A stretch of 64,000 nt of DNA from Takakia lepidozioides (Eukaryota > Plantae > Bryophyta): assembly GCA_030704615.1 (NCBI GenBank), contig CM060733.1, forward strand, positions 37,014,001 through 37,078,000, in the 5' to 3' direction. The position numbers and the translations under genes were made by a program. The notes under the pieces are model-generated. The model had not been told where the DNA came from and did no database searches. It saw nothing but the letters and a program-made list of their open reading frames with translations. Shown here in pieces: positions 1 through 11,500 of this stretch; the first letter of the stretch is position 1; each line of letters starts with the position of its first letter.

Positions 1-194
1 GAAAGCTATACCACAATATAGGTGCACGACAACTGCAATACCATCTAATACATTTCTGAAGTGCAAATGTCAAATAGTAGCAGGTTAAGATCCATTAGAA
101 CAAACATAGTCGGGGCTTTCAAAATTGGTAACCAAAGGCGGAGCATCCCTACGGTGCTAGAGAGCCCAAGACGATAAATCCTTCCTCACGTTGT

Positions 195-342
195 ATCTTC
201 AGGATGCGACGTTTTTTTTGCGACGCCCATGCGACTCCCGGGCGATGGCTAGTGTCACAAATACGGCGCCTGCCCCGTGCCTGAAATTGGCTTTTTTGCG
301 GCGTGACCCGGGCGTGGCAAAGGCCCCCCTTTTCCTGTAGTG
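195..342 (-). mobile_element. CACTA (En/Spm) transposon terminus
   Basis: Ends CCCCCCTTTTCCTGTAGTG (reverse complement CACTACAGGAAAAGGGGG); GC-rich subterminal sequence similar to 3070-3275. Confidence 0.65.
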
Positions 343-769
343 CACAGCTATAGGTGCTATATGTTTCTGAGGACATGGCATCTGGCAAGTTGTCCAGATG
401 CCACGTGAGCCAGATAACGACATGTCAGCAGGCCCTCGCCACGTGAGCCTCACGCTCACGCCACATCAGCTAGTGTGCGGCTGCGCTCACGCCACGTCAC
501 CATCGCGTGAGCGTACGCTCTCACGCTTACGCCACGTCAGCGTGACCCCATGCTCACGCCACATCAGCTGTTATGCGCCTGCGCTCGCATTACGTCACCA
601 TCGCGTGAGCATACGCTCTCACGCTCACACGGAAGTCACGTCCCTGAGAGCAGCAACACTTGCTGTTCTTAGGCCTTCACATGCTTTGTTGGCTCTCTCT
701 CTCCATCTCTTCTTGCCCCTCTCTCTCCTCTCTGATTTTTGTTTTTTTATTGTGGGGAGTGACAAAAAA

Positions 770-786
770 GAGAGAGAGAGAGAGAG

Positions 787-820
<34 letters not shown>
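770..820. repeat. (GA)n-(TA)n compound microsatellite
   Basis: Directly visible. Confidence 0.95.
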
Positions 821-822
<2 letters not shown>

Positions 823-1660
823 AGAGGGACAGAGAGGGCGAGACGAGCAAACAAAAACAAAAAAGGTGGGGGGGGGGGGACTGAGCAGTTGTTGCTGCTC
901 AGTCACTCTCTCCCCCACATTTTAATTTTATTTTTCTTGCACCCTCACTGGTGGGGGGAGCTGAGAGCAGCAACACTTGCTGCTCTCACCCCCCCCACAT
1001 GTTTTTTTTTTTTTTTTTGGATCTGGAATGTAGAGATTGTTTCTTGGTGAGGCCAACTTTTGGGTTTGCATGACAAGTGCCAGGCTTATGGGGAAAGAGA
1101 AGAAGTCCCATGCCCCAAAGAAATGGGCGGAAAACCCGTTTGCTCTATCGGCACATATGACGCGGGCTGGTGTCTCACGGTTAACCAGCCCCGTCGACAG
1201 CCACAGCCGAAGGGCTCGTCTGCCCCCTGAGGCCAGTACCCCCCCCCCCCCTCTTGTCCCCGTCTTGGATTCGCCAGGGGCCGGCTCAACCACCTCTCCT
1301 ATTCGGGAGGTTGTTGTTGGGCCGGATGCTTAGTTGAGCACACCCCCGGCCACCAAGACAAGTGAAATGTACCTTGGCAAGCGCATCACCCGTTCGGGGG
1401 CCCGGTTCGGGCAACTTTTGGATGTCACCCCTATACAGACCCCTTCCTCCGCAGCGAAGGCCGCACTTGCCAAGGCCCAAGGTCAGGTTGAAGGGCCTCG
1501 GGATGTGGCTATTCCTAGCCCAATGTTGAGCATGAGGGAGGAGTTGACGAGGAGGGCCAATGACGAGGCCGAGATAGCGAAGCGCCTCAAATTAGTCAAG
1601 CCGGGTGAGGGCTTCTACCCTGCTTCGCATTTTGGGGGGGGGGAGGAGGAGCTACAGGCC

Positions 1661-1947
1661 CAGTGTTTTTTTTTCTGGCGAATAATCGCCAGATTTCGAC
1701 TTGGAAAATGGGTCAGCGACTTTTACTAAGGAATTTTGGGATTAAAAATCAAAGAAAATCGCTAGAAAATGCCAAAGGGTAAATACCAGGAGCCAGATTT
1801 GTCCTACGTGGACCTGTCAAAGTATGACACCTGTAATATAGCCTCTTTTCCAGCTCTGTCACCCCGTTATTCTCGCCACATGGGCGTTGGGTAGAATCTA
1901 CATGTCGCCCTGCAAGCGATTTTGGAAAAGTGAAAAAAAAAACACTG
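1661..1947. mobile_element. hAT-type MITE
   Basis: TIR CAGTG+T-run / A-run+CACTG; 8-bp TSD TACAGGCC / TAGAGGCC. Confidence 0.85.
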
Positions 1948-2499
1948 TAGAGGCCGGTTTGGAGCGGCCTAGCTGATCAGTGATGCCGCCCCCTCAGCCT
2001 AAGCGGTCAGTATAGAAAGGCTTGGACTACGGGGCGCCGTTGCCGGCTATGGTGGACATCTGGAACCTACTTCCAGCGGCGCTCCGGGAGGGGATAACGC
2101 GGGGACTTTCGGCAGCGGGGACTCCTGCCACATCGGGTGACACTGGGGCCGAGTCGGCCAAGCTTGCAAAGGTACAACCGTCACACCTTGCCCATTCCAT
2201 ATTTTGTCATTTCTTTTGCATGCATGTATTTCTTTCTTATTTGTTTCTTTTTTGAATTTGGGGGGGTTATTTGTCTTCAGGAGGCAGAGACATTCTTGGC
2301 CGGTTGGGTGCACTCTGGTGGGGTTGCCAATGAGGTAGAGCACATGGTGTTGATGAAGGACCCGAACACCAAAGGTAAGAAGAAGAGGCCTCGACCTCCC
2401 AAGGTCCCTTTTACCATCAATGAAGGGGCTGCTGAGGAGAGAGAGAGAGAAGGGAGATCATTAATGCACATGCAACAAATGGAAGGTGACATCAATGAT

Positions 2500-3275
2500 T
2501 TGCCAACCTGTGAAATTCCAAAATGTGGTTTGGGTTGGACCTTTTTTTCCATTGCCCTCCGAATTCTTTCTCTAGCACGGTACCTCTTGTTCTTCAAGTT
2601 CTGCCCCGCCATCTCCATCACCCTTGTCTCACTCCAATTGCCCGGAAACCGGCGTTCTAACTCAGTGGCATACTTGCGCTTCTGGCCATAGTGCTGATCA
2701 ACCCACTCGATGTGCCAAGGGAACCACGCCGCTGTGAGTTCAAAGGCTGGCCCCTTCATAGCCGCCCAAAATGCACCGCACGGGTCACCATGCTTATTGA
2801 CCTCCACCGGTGGCACAATGATCTTTGCCAAGGCCACCTCCTTTATCCCCCGGGATTTCTTCTTCTTCTTCCCACCCTCTCACTTCTTTGCAAGCTCCTT
2901 CCCCACCTCCTTTGTTACCGGGCACTGCCCTCCCCCGCATGCACACTTACCCCCGCGTCTCCATGGGACTTCTTCTTCTTCTTCTTCTTTTCCTTCCCCT
3001 TCTCCATGACTACCTCCTTCCCCTTCCCCGCTACTTCCTCTTTCTCCTTCTCCTATCAGTGCCCTGGATCGTCAAGATGCGACGTCGGGGCGTCACTGGA
3101 GGGGGGCCGGCTTGCAACCCCCATCCGTCGCATTTATGCAACGTTATACTAGTGATGCCCTGGGGACGGTCGTGCCACTTCCCCCCCGCCCCTGCCCAAA
3201 AAGTGGCGTTTAGTGACGCCGCGGCGTGACCGCGCTGTTGCCGTGGCGCCACTAACCCCCCCTTTTCCTGTAGTG
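2500..3275 (-). mobile_element. Decayed CACTA element: terminus at 3275 plus TnpA/Transposase_24-like coding remnant
   Basis: CACTACAGGAAAAGGGGGG on the minus strand at 3275; ORF 2277-2837(-) VEVNKHGDPCG...W..WVDQ..K...L.RRF...GQNLKNKRYR resembles CACTA ORF2 N-termini. Confidence 0.55.
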
Positions 3276-4054
3276 AGGCAAGTGAAAATAAGACTGAATA
3301 CTTGCAGCAAACAGTGGCCCACACAACACCTTGCTACACTTATGAAGCGATTGGGATACATGCGTAACATTTGGAGGCTAATGTGCGTAAACAAACCTCA
3401 GCATAGACATAGACGGGAAGACAAAACCGTTGACAAGCTTCTGTTGGCTAGGAAAAGTGACTCTTACAGGGTGGGATAGACATCGTGAGAATACTCCACT
3501 GCCGAGGTAATCCATTTTTTTTCTGGGCATTAGTCTGATTGTTGGCCAACCGCTTAGGAGTAGAGTGTGGGGCCACAAGCTGCTCAGCCTCATTCTCTTT
3601 TAGTTTCCATTTAATTGTTTTGGTCTTCTATGGAATGCCATGTTTAACACCTTTACACGCGACCAATGCCTGTATGTTGCGTTGATGAATCTCCTGAGCA
3701 CAGATCAGTGGTGCAAGAATGACAACATTCTCATTATGATTCTCTTAGGTCAATTCATGGAGGGCACTCCGGGGGGACACTCATTGCAGATATCATCCAC
3801 ACTTTGGAAAAAGTACAGGGCTCCAATTCCGCAAAATATCCGCAATAAACATTGTATATTGATTCTCGGGGTCGGACCAGATATCAAGAAATCAAGAATG
3901 ACAACCGAAACTTTTTGAAGGATGAAAATATTCCGAACATATCTATTGCAGAAACAACAGACATGATGGACTATAAGTATATTGACAGAAAGATTGTAGG
4001 TCTAGGGGGACCCTCATTTTTTTCCACTAACAGTGCACAGAAATATGAACAAAA

Positions 4055-4835
4055 TACAAATAGCGACCCCTCCTGCTTGTTCTGTAATGATGATGTCAAT
4101 GAACTCAACAACACTGTCTGGTTAGCTGCCCATTGTCTTTTCTTTCTATGTTGCTTGGAACTATCTTCCCTCCCTTTCAAACTTATTTCTGCTTCTCAAT
4201 ATGCATAATGGCTCCTTCTGGAAACACTGCCCAATATGGGCTTGTCTCCCATACTCTTTGGTCCCTATGGAAAGCTAGATGTATTCTTGTTTCTGAAGGG
4301 AGGCGCCCCAACATGAGATTAATTCTGCACAAGCTTCATTCTCACCTAATGCCACATGGGCGCAAGGCTTGGGTTGCTTTGCAAGCAGCTTTTTCCAAGT
4401 GCAACGAAAGAAGGCGTCTACAACTTCTTGCTAGAAACTTAGATCACTTGGAACGATGGGTTCCCCAGCCATATGAGAGGTCGTCAGGTGAAATGGATGA
4501 CCCGGAGATTAATTGGTGCCATCAGAAGATGCGCATCTCTAAGGCCAAAACGCAGCTTGATTTTGATGGCTCTAGTTTGCTTTCCTTTTCATTGCCTTAT
4601 GCCCAACTATCATAGCGTGCTGGCTCCCGTTTTTCACTCTCCCATTCTGCAGATCCTCCCTTCTTTTGGTTATTGGGTATTCCCGGTGTGTTCCGCTTTG
4701 GGGGGGGGGTGGGCAGGAGGTTATTTTTTCCTCCTTCTGCTCCTTTGTCTTTTCAATAATTTTTTTTCAGGGCCTCTGTCCCTTTGAAAAAACATAACAA
4801 AAACTATCCCCTGTTCCGAAAATAAAATAAAAATT
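4055..4835 (+). mobile_element. Decayed L1-clade LINE 3' end
   Basis: Frameshifted zf-RVT-like CLFC...QQHCLVSCP, then LWSLWKARC motif, T-rich UTR and A-rich tail at ~4787-4833. Confidence 0.65.
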
Positions 4836-5539
4836 CCTTTCAAGCCCTAGGAGAACGGGTAACTTAGTAGGTGTGAGGATTGGAACCCAGTATCAGCAGG
4901 GTGGGAGGCACTATGAGCTGAGCTGGTGTATGAAATCACAAGTGTCGGCCGACCGGGAAAGATGAATTGCGCAGGCAATGAGTCCGTTTCCAGAGCCCAA
5001 TTTCTTGACTCTTCTTCGCGCCCTGCTCGGCGCTTTCTCGGTGCAATTTCTCAGAAATGAAGCGATGTAGTTTGCATGGCATACTGTCCTTGACTTTGCA
5101 TGCTAATATTTGTTGATGTTACTTTGTTCTCCACTCTCGATTTGCTTTGTCGTGTGAATTTACTGGCCGGCGAACGAGAAAAGTGGTTTTCCAGTCGATA
5201 TCCCAGCCTTGGTGCAGGCATCCCTATGAGGTTTTCGGCGGAAATTACGAACTATTCAGCTCCCTCTGTCGATTTCCCAGTGTAATGCATCCTTGTGTTT
5301 TAGGTCATATATTTGTAGATCTGTTGCTAGCTCCAGTCGATTTTGTCCAACAACGGATCTCAATTGTTTGACCGTATTCGCCATGCCCTGATTGCTGCAA
5401 GTGTGAGGTATGAGGGTAGAATGACTTTGATTTGAATGTTACGTAGGTGCTGGAAGTCGGAGTCATCTGGAAATGGAGACAAGGAATCTGGGTGATATAC
5501 TGGGAAGAGCAATTTGTGGAAGTGCCGAGTAGGTTCAAC

Positions 5540-5554
5540 ATGTTTGAGGCGCAC
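5540..5554 (+). CDS. VPS13: VPS13 exon 1 (MFEAH)
   Basis: ATG TTT GAG GCG CAC followed by GTAATG donor. Confidence 0.85.
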
Positions 5555-8500
5555 GTAATGTCTCTGTACTTTTTCACAGTCTTACCATGCCATCTTGTTG
5601 GTTGCTATTCCATGGGGCTCTCGTCTCTTTTCTGCTTGGTTGTCCCCTCTCACTCTTTCCCCTTTTGTACAAGGTCAGACTTTGGTTTACGGAATCAAGA
5701 TTGAAATCAGTCCTTTTCTGGTTCACAGCCTGAAGTGTATTATTGTGCAACAGCTACTATCTGTTGTGCTCTATGGCATCATCCAACAGATTCAATCTTG
5801 GCCGCTCTTGGTTCTGGTAGTTGCTTGTCATAAGCTGCCTCCCAGCAGAAAATTTTCTCTAATAATTTGCATGGAGGCAAGCTAGGTGATGTACATTATG
5901 TGGAAATGATGGACAAGATCATTTGAGGTTGGTTGGTGAGGATACTAGGAGCTTAATTCTGACTTCGGCAACCGGATGTGAATGTGAAAATATGAAATCA
6001 ACACAACTGCTGAAGAATTTAGAAGTAACAGCTATCTTTGACCTGTCATGTATGTCTAATGCCTTGAGGACTTCACCATACCTCCCACAGAAGACTTGGA
6101 TGAGTACCTGACAATGTCTGGGCACATGGTTTTCATCGCAGGTTTTGCATCTTCTCCGCCTCTATTTAGGAGAGTATGTACGCGGCCTTTCTTTGGAAGC
6201 ACTGAAGATCAGTGTCTGGAAAGGTAGTGGTCTTCCCTTGCATAGGTATTGTGATGCACATCGTGAATCCAAAGCTCTGATAAGAACTGAGCATATTGAA
6301 GATTGGGTGTTGAGAGTGACACCTCTGCTTGGGATCTCAGTTGCTGTTAAGCGGATGGGTTTAATTGGGGTTGCTGGTCTTCAACAGGGGATGTTGTCCT
6401 CAAAGATTTGCAGCTGAAGGCTGAGGCATTGAACGCCCTGAAACTTCCAATCACTGTGAAAGCTGGCTTCCTGGGTTCAGTGACCTTGAAGGTATGGTGT
6501 GGATTGGTTCCTCATGAACAATGTTGTATTGAAAATAAGAGCAAAGTATTCAGGCCTGGCAAAGTGACTGCTTATGAAACTAATGGAAAATTAAAAACTT
6601 TCTGCCACCCGGGAACTTGAAGCGATTGTATCATTCCATGCATTGTGAATCAACGTACAAGTATCAGGATTAACAGAGATGGTTGCGACATGCAGGTTCC
6701 TTGGAACCGACTTGGAAAGGAGCCAGTGATTGTGCTCTTGGATCGCATTTTTGTGCTTGCTGAGCCGTTGCAAGATGAGAAGTCATTTGCGGTGAGCACT
6801 TGCAGTCAGTGCTTAGACTGTGGTAGGCAGGGCTGGTGTTTGATTGAATTGTGCTTACTGATGGTGGGAAGTATGGCCCGCTTTTCATGTGCTACTTGCT
6901 TGACAGATTGCGCACGTGAGGGTTGCGATGTCTGCCAGTTGGTCTATCCTATAGCTTCCATACCCAGTTAGCAGGTGACTGGTTTACTTGGTGAAAAGCA
7001 CCTGGGTATGGAACCGGCTGAGAGGGGTATCATGGAGCAAACAAGTCACCTACTAACTGGACAAGTGGATAGTTGGCGCTTTGTGCCTAGTGCAAATGTG
7101 GTTGTTAGAAACATTGTATCAGAGTTATGATTGAGGGCTGTTTGACGGAAGGGCTGTTTAATTGTACATTCTTGCTTATGGCTGTCTTTAAGAGGGGGAG
7201 GGATGTGGCACTGTTGACTGTTCAGAGAGAGGACGTTGACAAGTGGTTTGAAGCGAAACGACGCCGATGTGAGGTACGGTTTATACAACCCGAGAACCAC
7301 AATTTTGGAAGATGGAGGCTCTACTATCTAGGGCCACAGCGTGGCAGACAGGGTTTGGGCTGTGGTGGACAAACTATAAACTGTTTTTGGGAGAAACTGA
7401 CGATTCGCGATTGAGGAGGCAACATATCAGATAAGGATAAATTTTACAGCAGTGTAGAGAGCGGAGTCTGGTGTGAAAGAGCAACTTACTAAACAGTGGT
7501 TGTTGTAGCCTTTTGACCATAGAGCCTAGCCTGATTGTGAATGGGGCCTACAGGTAGACGGACGATCTGATGGAAGTGAAAGATGGGATGCACACATGTG
7601 CATGCGAGAGATAGATACGGTACTTCTAGGATGTTTGCCGTAGCCTCGTGGCCATAGACCCCGAGCCCAGTTTGGCCGGAAGAAAAGGTAGCTGACATGG
7701 AAATAGCTGTGACAAATGTGACTTTGTTGCACCGTTAGTCACACAATCAAAGAAAGAAATTAGTGCCCAAGGAAAACCCAGAAAGTTTATGCGACGGCAA
7801 CGGATAACAAATAAAGGACTTAGAAATAGAAAATCAGGCCTTAATCCCTACAAGGTGGAGTGCCTAGTGAATGTTCTAGGATTCTGGTCTTCCATAGGAA
7901 ATGCTTTTGCTAGGATGAGCAGTCCGTGAGGACAAAATAACATCTCCCTAATCTCCTATTCTTAGGATGCGAGGAAAAGAAATGATGCTCCATTGCCATG
8001 TTGTGCATGTGGAAGGGGGCCCAAGTTCCATCCTCACCCAACATGCTAGCCATCTGCCTAGTGTGATGCCAAAAATTCTATGATCTGACTCAGGAATCCC
8101 CCAAGCCATGGTCCTGCAAGTGGACAAGTAATAAGACAGCACAAGTAATTGACAGTTAAATGCTGTTAAGTGTGAAGCCTTCTTGCTGGAGCAGATGCAA
8201 TTTGAGCCTGTTCCGGAAAAAAATGATGACCCTGAGATTTGTGTCATGGTTCCATTTGCTTTCTCCCTGTGGACTCTGTCAGCCAGCCCTTTACTACCAC
8301 ACCCTGGAGTGTTGTGGAACTGAAAATTGATTCGAAAAGCCACCCAGGCATCCAGCTAAAGAGACCAGCCATCTTTTGGACCTGGGATCTCGGTCCATCT
8401 TGGCCTCTATTGGCGTCCACCTTCAGATGTTCCTTTCAGGTAGGAGCCCGATGATACTCACCTTTGAAAACAGATGATTCAGCCCTCCCAGAATTCGTCA

Positions 8501-11500
8501 GGACCTGTGCGTCAAGGCGCTTTCAAGGAGCTCAGATTAAAGGTGTGCTGGGCTCCAGGTTAGAGTAGGTTTGTGTTGAGCTACAGCTGCTCGGGGTAGC
8601 TGAGGATAGATTTTGTCAGGCTTTAGCTTGTTTACTCTTAATAGCACATTTTCTGTGGTCTCAGTGACCTTGGTTTGGTCCCCTTTCCTCCTTCCTTAGG
8701 AGGGGTCTGCCCCGCAGATATTAAACATCTCTCTCCCCCCTACGAGCTTTCCGCAGACGTTATAAAGCACCATTTCATTTCATTTCCCCCCTACAGCTAG
8801 TTTTCTTGGTGGTTGTACTTCAAATGAGTAGCATGAGTGAACTTTTTGGTCATGCAGTGCTGATTTGAGTTGAAGTGGCACTCTGACATTAGCAGTTTGA
8901 AGGAATCTGCTATTTTAGTGCAAGGGTGATTGAGCCGTCTGAGGCTATTCATGTGCTGAAAAATGCATCCAATGCAGTGTATCCAAACTAAGGCTATCAG
9001 GACCCGGAGTCAGGTCCATCTTGTCACTGCCAAGGGCATCTGCCTGCACAGATGGCTGGATTCTGTACCCCTCCTGTCTTCTTCCCAGCTCCCCTCCCAT
9101 TTCCTGCAAAGTCCACAAAGTTGCAAGCGCATCTGTCATAGTACATCAAGTGCCTTGTGCACCGGATGCAGCACTTAAAGGAGCATGCTTGAGCTTCTGA
9201 TAGGGGCATAGTCTCCCAAATGGGACATGCAGGATTGCGTCAGGATCGCAATGCAAGCCAGTACAAGATCCTGAATACAGTGTATGGGAGTGGGAGGGGG
9301 TTGAAGTCATGGGCAGTTAGCTGTAATCCGTTGAACATAGCTAGGAATACCCATATGCCACGAATCAGAAGTAGACACGTAGAATTAGATTATTACATAG
9401 CAGGCAGTTAAAGCCCTGGCCTCAAACTGGAGAGTTGAATGGCAAGAAGTCAAGTCACTATCAGCATCTATCCTATGGATGTGGATCCTTCAAACCCTAT
9501 GTGGGATCTCTCTGGCAAATCCTGTTGGAAAGGGTTTTTAATCTGAACACTTCTTTATCAGAGTTCGTGTTTTGTATGTCCCCCTACTGCTTTCTTCTAG
9601 ACATTTGGACAAACATGTGCACCTGGGTCTCCCCCCTGCAGTCTTCATATTCTTTGTTCAATCTCCAGCAGTGCACATCTGACATTGGCCCAAGTCTTTT
9701 GGTCTTTTCTTCAGCTTCTACAAGAGAGTGAAAAAGTGGATGAACGAGATGATGTCCGTAGGGGTCAGGAAGCCCATGAGAGAGCGATTGTTTTTGATGC
9801 AGGTTCTTATTCGCAGAAAGAGGACAAGAGGAAATAGAAAAGTCATCTAAAATAAGAGTGATCTCAGTCCTTGGCCCCTTCCCTGCACGCAGATGAAAAA
9901 CAAGTGAGGGAGGGAGAGTGATTGGACAAACTGTGGGTATGTTTAGATATGAGACTCAAAGAAGTATCTCCCAGTTTTGTATGTTTGTTGTGTTGTCACA
10001 GGAGGCAGAATTGGCAATGCTTGAAACCAAGGATCGGAGGATAGCTGATACAGAAGATGTATGTATCCCCACTGTAACCTTACTTTATACCAGAGCTTCT
10101 TGGAGGAATTAGGGTTGCAGTGACAGTGTGTGATGTTTTCAAAATAATAGCCTGTTGTTCGTCTGAGTACCTATTAGACTGAACCAGGATGTGTGCTATT
10201 TTCACTCTAGATGAATCGAGTGGATTCACTTCTGCCTAGGTGTGTGAACCTAACCCAGAAAGTTAGGGAGTGTAGTTTGAGTTTGGATGTCGGCCTTTTC
10301 CCAGTGTGGGAGTGCTTGAGCATTTGGGTCCAGCTTTTTCATGCATGGTTGTACCGAAGAGAGGAGAAGAGTGTTCTATTTTATTTGCACGGGAGGGCCA
10401 GACTGCTCATGGTTGCTGTAAAACTACAGAAACGAGAGAACAGATCAAACCACAACCATTGCAGAGATGGAGTGCCTCATGCAGGTGAGCTGTTAAGGAC
10501 TTCATCTTCAAAGACGCTGGCATCTTCACCTGGGAGGGACGATGAAATATGTTGCATCCCATGGGACACAGTATGACAATACCCACCAAGGGACAGAACA
10601 GGGAGGGAGGGGGCCATGGGATGAGGGAGAAGAGAGGTCGAGTTTTAGTAGTGTTGGGTGGGCACTTTCCAGTGCCGCAAATTGATGAGCTGCTTGTGCT
10701 CTTGGTGGCACTGCGCAACGAGGACTAATGTTGGGAGTTTCTAGTTGAGGGAGAGCTCAAACATTGAGTGTAAATGCCTTCTTTGTAATCTTGTAGGCAT
10801 CGGATTCAAACTCCTGGTTTGGCTCTCTAGTTGCTACAATTGTGGGGAATCTGAAGATCTCGATCACGAATTTGCACATACGTTATGAGGATCTTGTGAG
10901 GTAGATCCTTGACCTTCGTTCTTTTTTACTTCAGTGGTCATAGTTTGCTCTCATCATAAGGCTTAGAAGGAATGGAAGTTGTTGGGTACTTTAATGCTCA
11001 CTATTTTGATGTTTTTGGGTTAGAGAGACTCTTGGCATCCATCAGTATCGTTGATAGTACAATACACTACGTTGTCAGCAGTCGATGTCAAGAACCCCCC
11101 CTTACACTGAACATTGTAAGAAAAAGTCTTAGCCCAAGGAGCTTGCAATTACTTCAAGAGCAGCCTGAGTAACTGCAATTTCGCTTGAAGGAGTTTAGCC
11201 GATGTCAGAAAAGAGGCCTTTATGCCATAACCTATTATGTGCACACATAATTGAGTTCCGCAAGTGCCCCAACATTTAGCACGATAACAGACTTCTCAAA
11301 TTATGTGAAGTGGGGTGCAGTGATTGTGTTTTTTATTGTATACAAAGATCTGATCCTTGTTTAAAGAGCATGCATTCAATGCTCCAGAGATCACCATAGT
11401 GGCCACAGACTGAGCAGCTGGGTTGACATTGTAGCAACATAGGTAGGTTACCCTTGTTTGAATTTCTGTAGTTAGGAAGGGAAGGTCCTTTTGATATTCC

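Noticed and set aside
4868-4930. tRNA-like sequence on the minus strand
   Set aside because: Only degenerate A/B-box traces and no cloverleaf; at most an old SINE head.
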